Below, piece by piece: positions 1 to 11,404 of a stretch of 64,000 bases of DNA. The translations under genes and the position numbers were made by a program. Position 1 is the stretch's first letter, and every line of letters begins with the position of its first letter. The notes beneath the pieces were generated by a model that was not told the DNA's origin, did not search any database, and saw nothing but the letters and a program-made list of their open reading frames with translations. Source of the stretch: Octopus sinensis (lineage: Eukaryota); NCBI RefSeq assembly GCF_006345805.1, contig NC_043009.1, positions 17,608,001 through 17,672,000 on the forward strand, read 5' to 3'.

Positions 1-293
1 CATAATATATATATATTATATACATACACACATATAATATATATATATACATACACACATAATATATATATATACACACATATATATATATATATACATA
101 CACTATATATAATACATACACATATATATACATATATATATATACATATACATACATATATATATACATATACATACATATACATATGTACATATATATA
201 TATGTTTATATACATATACACACACACACATATATATATACATATACATACATATACATATGTACATATATATATATATGTTTATATACATAT

Positions 294-334
<41 letters not shown>

Positions 335-417
335 CACACACATATATGTATATATACATATATGTATATATACATATACACACACTTATATCATCATCAT
401 CATATATATATATATAT
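1..417. repeat. Compound (TA)n/(CA)n/(TACA)n microsatellite
   Basis: Alternating purine-pyrimidine repeats; the overlapping YIYI/HTHT ORFs are artefacts. Confidence 0.97.
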
Positions 418-1984
418 GTTCCAACAGAGTTGGTTTGAAAGTCTAAATTCTTTGGCTGTTATCTTATAAATATGTTCCATCAAAACATTTGAGAAAGTCT
501 CCAAACTTCAAAACTTTGGGTGTTCCAGGTTAAGTACCAGTCAAACAATTTGTCCATGAAAAGATGTCAGTTACATGAAAGAATAAATAACTCAAGCCCC
601 AGCTGTTCAACTGATTTGAGACTGGGTAAAGCAGCAAACAAGAACATCAAAAAGTGTAAATACCAATAGATACACAATCACTGTTTTGTTGGCACTGATC
701 AAGCACATGTATATCAGATTAATAATAATAATTTCATGAATAATAAATGATGACGATGACGATGATGACAATGTTGATAGATATTGGTAAAGATGATGAT
801 GATTTCACTGAATGCATTGATAATAAAAAAAAAAATTTTAACTGAGGAATAAAGGTTGTCTGAGAATTAGTATTGTAGCCTGTCCATTGGAGGAAATGTT
901 TCATAGTAATTTGTGGTATAAATACAATGCTAATATTTTTGTAGGAAAGATGCTATAGTTAACAGAATGAACTTAGAATATTACCAGTACTTATTTTATC
1001 AACTCCAGAAGGGTAATGGGGTTGATCCTAACAGGCTTTGAATTTGGAACATAAAAGGCAAATAACAAAATAAATTAAAGCAGTTTAGCCCAACACACCA
1101 TTTTGGCACTGTCATTTCTGCAACTTCAACATCAATAATATGGATTTCTAATATAATCACATGGCAAGTTCTATCTGAAAGATGGTCGATAGTGAATTGT
1201 ACACAATACTCGATGGATATTTTAATATTTTCAACACTTGGAATTTAAACTTAAAATGTGTAGACGGCATAACTAAATACAACAAATCTCTGCCATCCAA
1301 CACTCTTAATAGCAAGAATAAATATCATTTACAAAGGCACAAGGCTAACAATTTTGAAGAAGAGTAGCTAATTATATAGTTCACAGTATCTGATACTTAT
1401 TTTATAGATTCTGGAAGGATAAAAGCCAACATTGGATTTGAACTCAAAACATAAAGAAATGCAATACCAATGAAGCAGGGATATGAAGTTTTAAATATTT
1501 TAGAAGGAGGTAAGATGCGATGTTAACACTCATCTGAAGAATATTTTTATAAATGAAATGGAGAAAATTTGATGATTGAAATCTTTATGTTTTGTCAATG
1601 GATATTAGTAACAGGGTGAATGGAAATGCTGAAAGCAGGGATTAAACACAAGAAATAATGTTAGGATATCTAGACACTGTCATTAGTATAATGTGCTCAC
1701 AAACAAATAAGATATCTTGGTAGAAAAAAACAACCTTTCCTATACATTTAATGATGTGGGATTTAGAGTATTAGAATAAGAAAGCAAAACATTTTATTTA
1801 TAATTATTTAGTCCAAGATGGAAAGTGCCCTGTAATTTACAGATCATCCCACCTTTATGAACAAGGCAGGTATTCCAGGGGTCTAGAATTCTAGAAAGAC
1901 AGAATGTAAATATCAGTTTAGAGTGTGTAAAATAGTGGGAATGAAAATCATTAATGGTATAGTATTCATACTTTAATGGAAAAC

Positions 1985-2160
1985 ATTGCATGCAAAACGA
2001 GAGATAGACTCATTAAGAGTGAAGGGTAAATTGTATGGTGCTTCTGTGCAGAGTGCAGTGCTACATGGCAGTGAGGCGTGGGCCATGAACATAAGGGATC
2101 TGTGAAAGCAAAAAAGAAACAGGGTATGCATGCTTTGCTGGATGTGTTATGTCAACGTGT
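1985..2160 (+). mobile_element. RTE-clade LINE fragment (region C-terminal to RT), degenerate
   Basis: Translates as LRVKGKLYGASVQSAVLHGSEAWA, matching the LHGSETWA motif of the RTE copy at 27.7-28.9 kb. Confidence 0.7.
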
Positions 2161-2399
2161 AGGAATGAGATTTGAACAAATCTGTCTAACTGGCTTAAAA
2201 CTTGTCCAGATCACACCCTCTCTAATCACCCAGTTTAGAATTATCACACTCTATCTCTCCTATGCTTTTTCAGGTATGGAAGCACCTTTAGGACCTTACA
2301 ATAGCAAGGTGCAATGAGAAAAAGTACTCAGTAAAATGTGCAATACTTATTCATATAGCAGTACCATCTTAAAGAAGCATCTCCATAAAAGTAATAAGT

Positions 2400-2670
2400 A
2401 AAACCTCCTAGAAATCAAAATCAACAAACCAAAATAATATCAGTATTCACTGGAGTTCTAGAAATTATAAGAAAAGAGAAAAATTCACTAACCATATGCC
2501 AGTTAACATCAATATCTACACAGTCCAGGAGATCGCCCTACTGGGAACAGCCAACATACTATGGAGAGTACTGTCAATTAAGTGACATCTTCCCTATGGT
2601 ACAAAAGAAATTATGCCTTGAATAATAACAACAACATCAACAACAACAATAACAACAACAAAAATAATGA
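2400..2670 (+). mobile_element. 3' end of R4/Dong-like non-LTR retrotransposon
   Basis: Translates ...INIYTVQEIALLGTANILWRVLSIK*, the typical R4-clade C-terminus (Q..ALLGTA.ILR.VL). Followed by an (AAT/AAC)n tract. Confidence 0.7.
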
Positions 2671-2689
2671 TTTCAAATTTTTGCACAAG

Positions 2690-2882
2690 ACTAGCAAGTT
2701 TGGGGGAGGGGTTAAGTTGATTACATCAACCCCAGTGCTCAACTGGTACTTATTTTATTGCCTCCTGAAGGAATGAAAAGCAAAGCCAACTTCGGTGGAA
2801 TTTGAAGTCAGAACATAAAGACAGATGAAATGCCACTAAGCATTTTGCCCATCGAGTTAACAATCCTGCTAGCTCACAGCCT
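2690..2882 (-). mobile_element. SINE family B copy (GGCGGTGAGCTGGCAGAA head)
   Basis: Reverse complement resembles the copy at 61873-62105; embedded in (AAT)n. Confidence 0.8.
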
Positions 2883-2905
2883 TCTTATGAATAATAATAA
2901 TAATG

Positions 2906-2937
<32 letters not shown>

Positions 2938-2969
2938 GACTATGATAACATTAATAATTCTTTCAACTA

Positions 2970-3165
2970 TAGGCACAAGGCCTGAAATTTCGGGGGAGGG
3001 GACTAGTCAATTACATTGACCCCAGTGCTTCACTGGTACTTATATTATCGACCCCGAAAAGATGAAAAGCAAAATCAACCCAGGCAGAATTTGAACTCAG
3101 AATGTATAGACAGTTGAAATGCCACTAAGCATTTTACCCAGCATGCTAACAATTCTGCCAGCTTG
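2970..3165 (-). mobile_element. SINE family B copy
   Basis: Tandem neighbour of the 2690-2882 copy with the same ACTGGTACTTATT...GAATTTGAACTCAGAA core. Confidence 0.8.
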
Positions 3166-3548
3166 CTTAATAACGACAACAACCACAACTTCAACAATAA
3201 CAATCTTTTTTGACAAGATAGACTGTCTTAAATTTGCAGGTAAGTGGAGACAAAAAAAAATGACCAATTTACTGTGTATTTAGTATCCATGTTGTACTGG
3301 AACTACATAGCTTTGCTGATCCAATTAATTTAGTTCCAGGATTCAGTAACATAGTTCCTTACTCCATTACTTAAATACTTCTATCAAGCAAAATTCTACT
3401 GATACAGCTAGACAGCATACATGTGCAGTAAACATATGAATAGGACTCCATTCGGATATTCATTCTTACCCTTCACTTTATTGGTACTGCAGTTAGTAAT
3501 GCATAGCTTGTCAATTTTCTGCTCTGAGTTCACAATCTTGTTACATGT

Positions 3549-3760
3549 TTAACTCTTTTGGTACCAACCCACCCTATGACAAAAACTTCCTTCTTTTAAA
3601 GTGATCTCATTTTACATATTCCATTAAAATTTCATGTGAATTTACACCAAACACCAGCTCAAAAATGGCAAAGTTAATTTGCTAAAATCTTCATTACTTG
3701 CAAAATAATTGGAAACAAAAGCCGTGTATTTCAGCAGAAATATTGTAATAAAAGGATTGA
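3549..3760. mobile_element. TTAA-associated MITE, family 2 (piggyBac-like)
   Basis: Starts TTAACTCTTTTGGTACCAACCC and aligns along its length with 14661-14876. Confidence 0.6.
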
Positions 3761-3841
3761 CAACAATGGTTAGTGATCGCTGATAAGACAAAGTTAATCC
3801 ATTGGATCCCCATTTCAAGTTACCTTGTTGATTAACTATGT

Positions 3842-4103
3842 CAGTGGTCCTCGACCAGGGTCCATATGGTCCTTGGGGGGGGGGTCTATATAAGAGTTTG
3901 TAGTTAATTTTAGGTGCAATAAAACTTTTTATATTTCTACAATTCATAAAATATTTTAACAATTTTTATAATACAATTCCTAATAATATTCAACTACAAA
4001 AATATAATCGGATTTTCTTAAACATTGAATAGATATGGGGGTGGAGTGCAGTAAAATAGGAATTAAAGATGTCCATAGGCAAAAGAATGGTTGAGGACCA
4101 CTG
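3842..4103. mobile_element. hAT-type MITE with TIRs and 8-bp TSD
   Basis: TIRs CAGTGGTCCTCGACCA and TGGTTGAGGACCACTG. Perfect 8-bp direct repeat AACTATGT at 3834-3841 and 4104-4111. Confidence 0.9.
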
Positions 4104-5214
4104 AACTATGTTTCCTCTGCAAAACTGTTTATGAACCAAACGATATGATATTGTGTGTGTGCGCGCGCATACACATGCAGGTGTGTGCATGTAGAATACT
4201 ACTGTATCTTTACAAACGGTACAGTCATCCTCCTGTCAGAACTCAATAGCACTCTGGTATTGGATTTTGGTACTTTTTGGATAGTGAGGTTACATGCTCT
4301 GGCATATAACACAAGTACACACACAACCAAGTTGAGATATAGTAAATGGTGATAAGAGAGATTAGTTAAAAAAAACAAAAAACAAAAGAAATTAATAGCT
4401 GAATTAATAAGCACTTATGACTTAGAATAATGAAGCTATTAAAGTTTTCTAGCTATCTAGATCCCTGTTTTGTATTTGGCTATTTTTCTTCATTATTTGA
4501 GTTTTTTTCAAAGTTGATATTAATTCAATAAAATGTTTAGTGTGCGTGTGTGTGTGTGTGTGCGTGTGTGAGAGAGAGAGAGAGAGAGCGGGAAAAAGAA
4601 AGAGAGCAACAAGTGTATTACTGATAGTGTATAGTTTAAAAGAAATTGTGCTTATTTGGAAGTAGTCACCTCCAGTACCAGTTGAAGCAAAAGCAATTTG
4701 ATATTCACATTTGAAGGTTAAATATAGTTCAATGAACCAGTTCCAACAAGTTGCCAACTAAAACATCATAAAGAAACAATAAATTTGCCTTAAAAATCAA
4801 TACAGTTTTGGTTTTAATGCTTTAGAGCAATTTATTTTATGAAATATTCTATTTGAAATTATTGTTAGTGAGAAAGACCTAGAGTGAACAGAACGTAAGC
4901 CGTCTCACAACCCATAAATTTATGACTTTCAATCGAAGTTGTCTCTCAGATATGTGTGACACACAGCCATGTATACACAGCAGATAATATGGTAACAGAC
5001 AGATAACAAAAAAAAACCAACACAAAAAAAAACAAGAAATCAAGGAAGAAAATAAGCAACTAAAATGTCATACATATGCAAAAGTAACCAAAACAATATT
5101 GAAAACACAAGTTAATATATTTTGATAGTTTCAAACTCTCTAAACACACACACACACACAGGCGCACACACATGTGCATATACATACACGCACACAAAAA
5201 AATACCCACACATA

Positions 5215-5570
5215 TTCTTTTACTTGTTTCAATCATTTGACTGTGGCCATGCTGGAGCACTGCTTAAAAGGATTTTTTAGTCAAACAAATCGACGACAGG
5301 ACTTGTTCTTTGTAAGCCTAGTACTTATTCTATCACTCTCTTTTGCCAAACCGCTAAGTTATGGGAACATAAACACACCAACGCCAGTCGTCAAGCAAGG
5401 ATAGGGGGTACAGACACAGACACACACACATGCATATATATACACACACACAAAATGGGTTTCTTTCAGTTTCTGTCTACCAAATTCACTCACAAGGCTT
5501 TGGTTAGCCCAAGGTGCCACATGGTGGGATTGAACCCAGCAAGCTTCTTACCACACAGCCACACCTGCAC
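5215..5570 (-). mobile_element. SINE family A copy (tRNA-like head GTGGCTGTGTGGTAAGAAGC, GTGGCACCTTGGG core)
   Basis: Same sequence recurs at about 42125-42428, 46105-46460, 48120-48350 and 57355-57550; internal (CA)n tract. Confidence 0.85.
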
Positions 5571-6182
5571 CTATATACATACATTTTACATAAACACATA
5601 CACACACATGCACACACACAAACAGGCAGGAATAGTAAATGTTCAGGCATGGCCATGTGATTCACAAACATAATCCCCAGCTGCATGGATTCAGTTCAGC
5701 CCCACATCAAGAAAGTATCCTCCACTAGAGCCTGAAACCTGTGTGAGTCAGTTTGTGTGTGTGTGTGTGTCAGTGTGCATACATATGTGCATATACTTGC
5801 TTGCGTGTCTGTATATTCATTTACATATAGGCATCTAAGAAATGACATGCTGCAAAGTGATAACATTGTTCTCATTCTTCCTGTTAACAAATTGTCAGCT
5901 GACTTTGCAATTTTGAAGACATGTGAAATGAGAAACACCTGATTGAACACAGCAAAGAGATGGCAACGGAAAGGGCATCTTGCTACATTACTCACATGTT
6001 CTCTGCATTCACATCCGCTGTATATAATTCAAGCAGTAAGAAATTAAAAGAAAAAAATCACCTACGGGGCTGGGATTACATGCTTTTGTTTATAACTCAG
6101 TACACTCAAAAGAGATTTTATTTCAGAAGAAAAACGCAGTAACTTCATCAGTCTTTGTGCATTATGTATGACACATAGAGAG

Positions 6183-6229
<47 letters not shown>

Positions 6230-6527
6230 CAAATTTCAACTATATATTGTACGCTCATGTGGTCATACTAGTTTTTCACTGGACTCTTCCATTAATGAAA
6301 TTCACTTCAAAACACCTCAACATTTGAACCTTTTTGAACTTTCAGTTTGACTGCTAAATCCACAAGTTTTTTTAATTCTCTCTCTGTTTATTTCCTCGTC
6401 TTCCTTTCTGTTGAAAAGCATAGGCTCAAAACGTAAAAAAGTTTCTCACTTTCCCAAGCGTCAAACTAATAAACCTGCTTGTTGTTTATAACCTGTCTTT
6501 GTCTTTTTGTTTTTCTGTAGATTTCAA

Positions 6528-6572
<45 letters not shown>

Positions 6573-6709
6573 TAGATAGATAGATAGATATACATACATA
6601 CATGTGTGTGTGTGTGTGTGTATGTATATATATATATATACACACACTGCTTGCTAAGTCAACTTATTATCAAATAAAGCCCAATATTCTTCTAGCCATT
6701 GAAAATAAT

Positions 6710-7250
6710 CTATTTTGAACCAAATCCAGTACCTAGCCTTTTCCACAGTAGTTCGGATATCAGTCATGGTGGTATTTACTTTATGATGAGTTAGGCCTAA
6801 CGATAACAACAGTCATCTCACACTGTGTCCAACAACCCTCTATATCCAACATCTATTGGAAAATGCTCCACTTTCCAGCCTGCGTCTTCACATTCTTCAA
6901 GGAGGTTTACATAACAGTCAATCTTTCGGGCTTGAGCGGAACTTGACTAGATTCACAACTTTCTTTCTTTCACACCAAATTAAAATGTATGGGAAAGAGT
7001 ACCTGGTACCCTGGTAAGTCTGTACTCAGACTCCCAATAGCTGTTCCACTTTGCATCGCTCAAAAGAAATTTGTTGTTCTTGAAACAGGTCCAGTCCTGA
7101 GCGCATGAAGGTAATGAAATCTCTAGCTTGTACTTTCAACAGTTTTTCACTGTTGTTGAGATCAATTTGGTTTTTTTTTATAGCACTGAAGATAACCTTA
7201 AGTCTCAGGTTGTGTCTCCGTGTATACCTGCTCAATGCTAGTGAACAGCT
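6710..7250 (-). mobile_element. HERO/NeSL-like restriction-endonuclease LINE relic (C-terminus)
   Basis: Minus-strand pieces: CSLALSRYTRRHNLRLKVI, PYILIWCERKKVVNLV, AQARKIDCYVNLLEECEDAGWKVEHFPIDVGYRG and TTVEKARYWIWFK. These match the RHN / PD / EVG.RG / WIW motifs of HERO-like elements. Confidence 0.75.
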
Positions 7251-8057
7251 TTCCATGCTAGCATAGGTTGGACGATTTGACTGAGGACTGGTGAACCAGA
7301 TGGCTGCATCAGGCTCCAGTCTTGATCTGGCAGAGTTTCTACAGCTGGATGCCCTTCCTAATGCCAACCACTCTGAGAGTGTAGTGGGTGCTTTTACGTG
7401 CCACCGGTACAAGGGCCAATCAGGCGGTACTGGCAACAGCTACGAAAAAATTGTGTTTTTTTTTACGTATCACCTGCACACTGGCACAAGTGCCAGTAAG
7501 ATGACACTGGAAACGATCACACTCGAATGGTGCTTTTTACGTGCCACCGACATGAACGCCAGTTAGCCGCTCTGGCAACGATCACACTCAGATGGTGCTC
7601 TTAGTGCCCCACTAGCACGGATGTCAGTCATCGAATTTGATTTCGATTTCACTTGCTTCAACAGATCTTCGCAAGCAGTGTGCAATGAAAGGAAGGTATG
7701 CATAAGTGGGCTGGTTACACCCCTGACATAGGCCACAAGGTTATGGTCTCACTTGGCTTGCCGGGTCTTCTCAAGGACAGCATATTTCCAAAGGTCTCGG
7801 TCACTAGTCATTGCCTTGGTGAGGCCTAATGTTCGAAGGTCGTGCTTCACTACTTTATCCCAGGTCTTCCTGGGTCTACCTCTTCCACAGGTTCCCTCAA
7901 CTGCTAGAGTGTGGTACTTTATCACACAGCTATCCTCATCCATTCTCGCAACATGACCATACCAGCACAGTTGTCTCTCTTGCACACCACATCTGATGCT
8001 TCTTAGTTCCAACTTTTCTCTCAAGGTACTTACACTCTGTCGAGTATGCACACTGAT
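7250..8057 (-). mobile_element. 5'-truncated RTE LINE (ORF C-terminus plus 3' UTR)
   Basis: ORF 7749-8084 reads QERQLCWYGHVARMDEDSC...GRGRPRKTWDKVVKHDL, the RTE C-terminal motif. The 3' UTR recurs at about 12855-12995 and 19720-19990. Confidence 0.9.
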
Positions 8058-8168
8058 ATTATATATATATATTATATATAACAAAGTGGAGTTGTATGGT
8101 ACCGCACGAGTGGCATTATATATGAAAGACGGTTTGAAAATCCAATTAAGTAAATAAACATCTTTTAA

Positions 8169-8386
8169 CCTTTAGTGTTCAAATTATTCTATCAAACATA
8201 ATGCTTATTGATTCACATTGATTTGAATTAATCATGAATTATCACATATTTTCAAGATCTTGATGGTGTAATTACTTAATGTAGAATAACATTGTAGGGT
8301 AGATGTGAGGGCCTGGATCTGGTCAGTTTGAACATAAAACAGATTAAATATTTTGGCCGGATATGGCCAGTTTAAATACTAAAGGG
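8169..8386. mobile_element. TTAA-flanked MITE, family 1 (piggyBac-like)
   Basis: TTAA|CCTTTAGT...ACTAAAGGG|TTAA; homologous copies at 24566-24786 and 63603-63825. Confidence 0.85.
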
Positions 8387-8415
8387 TTAAAATTGCATTT
8401 TCAAACCTTCTTTCA

Positions 8416-9344
8416 TATATATATATATATATATGCGCATATATATGTATATATGCATATATATATGCGCATATATATGTATATATGCATATATATATGT
8501 GCATATATATACATATGCATATATATATATATATATACATATGCATATATATATATATACATATATATAATATATATATATATATTATATATATATATAT
8601 ATACACATATGTATATATGCATATATAACACATATATATATGCATATATTATATATATACATATGTATATATGCATATATATATACACATATATATATAT
8701 GCATATATATATATATACATATGCATATATATATGCATATATATATATATACATATATATATGCATATATTATATATATACATATGTATATATGCATATA
8801 TATATACACATATATATATGCATATATTATATATATACATATGTATATATGCATATATATATACACATATATATATGCATATATTATATATATACATATG
8901 TATATATGCATATATATATACATATATATATGCATATATTATACACATATATATGCATATATATATGCATATATTATATATATACATATATATATGCATT
9001 ATATACACATATATATATGCATATATATACACATATATATATATGCATATATATACACATATATATGCATATATTATATATATACATATGTATATATGCA
9101 TATATATATACACATATATATATGCATATATTATATATATACATATGTATATATGCATATATTATAGATATACATATGTATATATGCATATATGCATATA
9201 TATATGCATATATTATATATATATACATATATATATGCATATATATACACATATATATATGCATATAATACACATATATATATGCATATATATACACATA
9301 TATATGCATATATATATATAATATATATGCATATATATATATAT

Positions 9345-9378
<34 letters not shown>
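8416..9378. repeat. About 1-kb TA/TGCA microsatellite with a ~57-bp higher-order unit
   Basis: The translated unit [19 protein letters not shown] (19 codons) recurs in tandem. Confidence 0.95.
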
Positions 9379-9383
<5 letters not shown>

Positions 9384-10589
9384 GCATATATTATATTATA
9401 TATATTTCTTTTCTTTTAAGGATTAAATAAAAAGACACCAAACGGAAAATATGACATACCAGTATATATATATAATTTTAAAAAAACGTGTGGTAAATAA
9501 ACAAAACAAGCATATACTAAATACTCAAGTGATCCTGTGTATTCTGTTCACCTGTGTATTTAGTACGTTTGTTTATTTACACGTTTTTTTTTAATTAAAT
9601 ATATGTAGATATGTCATATTTTCCATTTGTTGTCTTCTTTTTATTTAATCATGAAAATAGTATTTATGTAACCCTTGCAGACCTTACTTTTTTACGCATA
9701 TTTACACATATATATATATACACATATACATATATATAGAGAGAGGGAAAGTGTTTTTGTATAGATGTTGTATATTTAGAATAATAAGGTATATTAAATA
9801 TATGAATATATGAATATGTATGAATACATCATCGTTATCATTTAACATCCATGTTTTTTATGGTTAGATGCTGTACAGCAATGGCTAGGTGCCACCTGCA
9901 CTACTAAAATCACTATGCAGTCTGCGTACATATATATATATCTGGGGTAGGTGAGGTAGTCAGCTTAGTACAAGAGAATGAAGGGATTACTTGGAGGGGG
10001 GAGGTGATAGCAGAGCAAGTTCATGCAGAGGGACCTGCATCAATATTCATATCTACTAGGGGAAAATTGGGAGACTATGACTATGATGGAGGGGGGGGGG
10101 CATGATTTTGAAGGATTTTAGTTGAAGAAATTAACCACAGTACTTTTGCGTTTTTCTTTTTTTAGAATCTAGTACTTATTTTATCAGTCCTTTTGCTGAA
10201 GCACTAAGTTACAGGGATGTAAGCAAACCAATACTAGCTGTCAGATGCTGGGGTAGGAGGTGACTAACAGACACAAATACACACACATTGACATATATAT
10301 ATATATATTATTAGTGAATTGAAGAAATGGAGTTGAACGAAGATTGAACAGAAATCGTTTTATTTCATTCTACACGTGAAATAAAACGATTTCTGTTCAA
10401 TCTTCGTTCAACTCCATTTCTTCAATTCACTAATAATATTAAAATTCAATTATCCGCACCAACGCACGGTTGCAACACCATATGGTTGTACCTCCAACCG
10501 TGCTGTCTTCTGCTGTGATTTTTGCTACCAAGGTATCGGTTAAACTTTTGATTAATCTGCAACAAGATTATCATCTTTCTATTTCACAT

Positions 10590-10595
10590 TATATA

Positions 10596-10637
<42 letters not shown>

Positions 10638-10895
10638 ATACATACATATAATACATATATATATATACATACATATATATATATATATATAGATATACAT
10701 ACATACATATATATATAGATATACATACATACATACATATATATATATATATACATACATACATATATATATATATATATTACATACATACATATATATA
10801 TATATACATACATATTATATATATATATACATATATATATATATAATATATATACATACAACATATATATAGATATATATACATACATACATATA

Positions 10896-10929
<34 letters not shown>

Positions 10930-10966
10930 CATATATATATATATATATATACATACATATATATAT

Positions 10967-11018
<52 letters not shown>

Positions 11019-11034
11019 CATATATATATAATAC

Positions 11035-11066
<32 letters not shown>

Positions 11067-11068
11067 CA

Positions 11069-11102
<34 letters not shown>

Positions 11103-11105
11103 CAT
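10590..11105. repeat. (TA)n/(TACA)n microsatellite
   Basis: Direct inspection. Confidence 0.95.
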
Positions 11106-11404
11106 GTATTTGCAAATGCTTGTATACAAGGGGCTACCAAATTCTCTCGGGAGAGAGAATTGGGAGACAAAAAGGAAAGGGGTGAATGTCATGAAAGCAG
11201 TGAGATAAAGGAGAGGTTGGAGGGAAAAGAATAGCATTGAGGTGGGGTGGGGAAGAGGATGGAAACAAGGAAAACATACTGGACAGAAAGGGTGAAGGGG
11301 AGGCAGGGGGAAAAGCAGCAGGCTTAATCACACAGCTATTATCTATCTATCTGTGTGTGTGTGTGTGTGTGTGTGTTATATAAATATATATAAATAGATT
11401 ATAT

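Noticed and set aside
7026-7436. 136-aa ORF as a host gene
   Set aside because: Chimera of an RTE 3' UTR and a HERO-like relic.
8363-9268. 301-aa ORF and other long YIYI/HIYM ORFs (also at 10.5-11.2, 15.5-18.9 kb)
   Set aside because: Microsatellite translation artefacts: open in several frames on both strands with low complexity.
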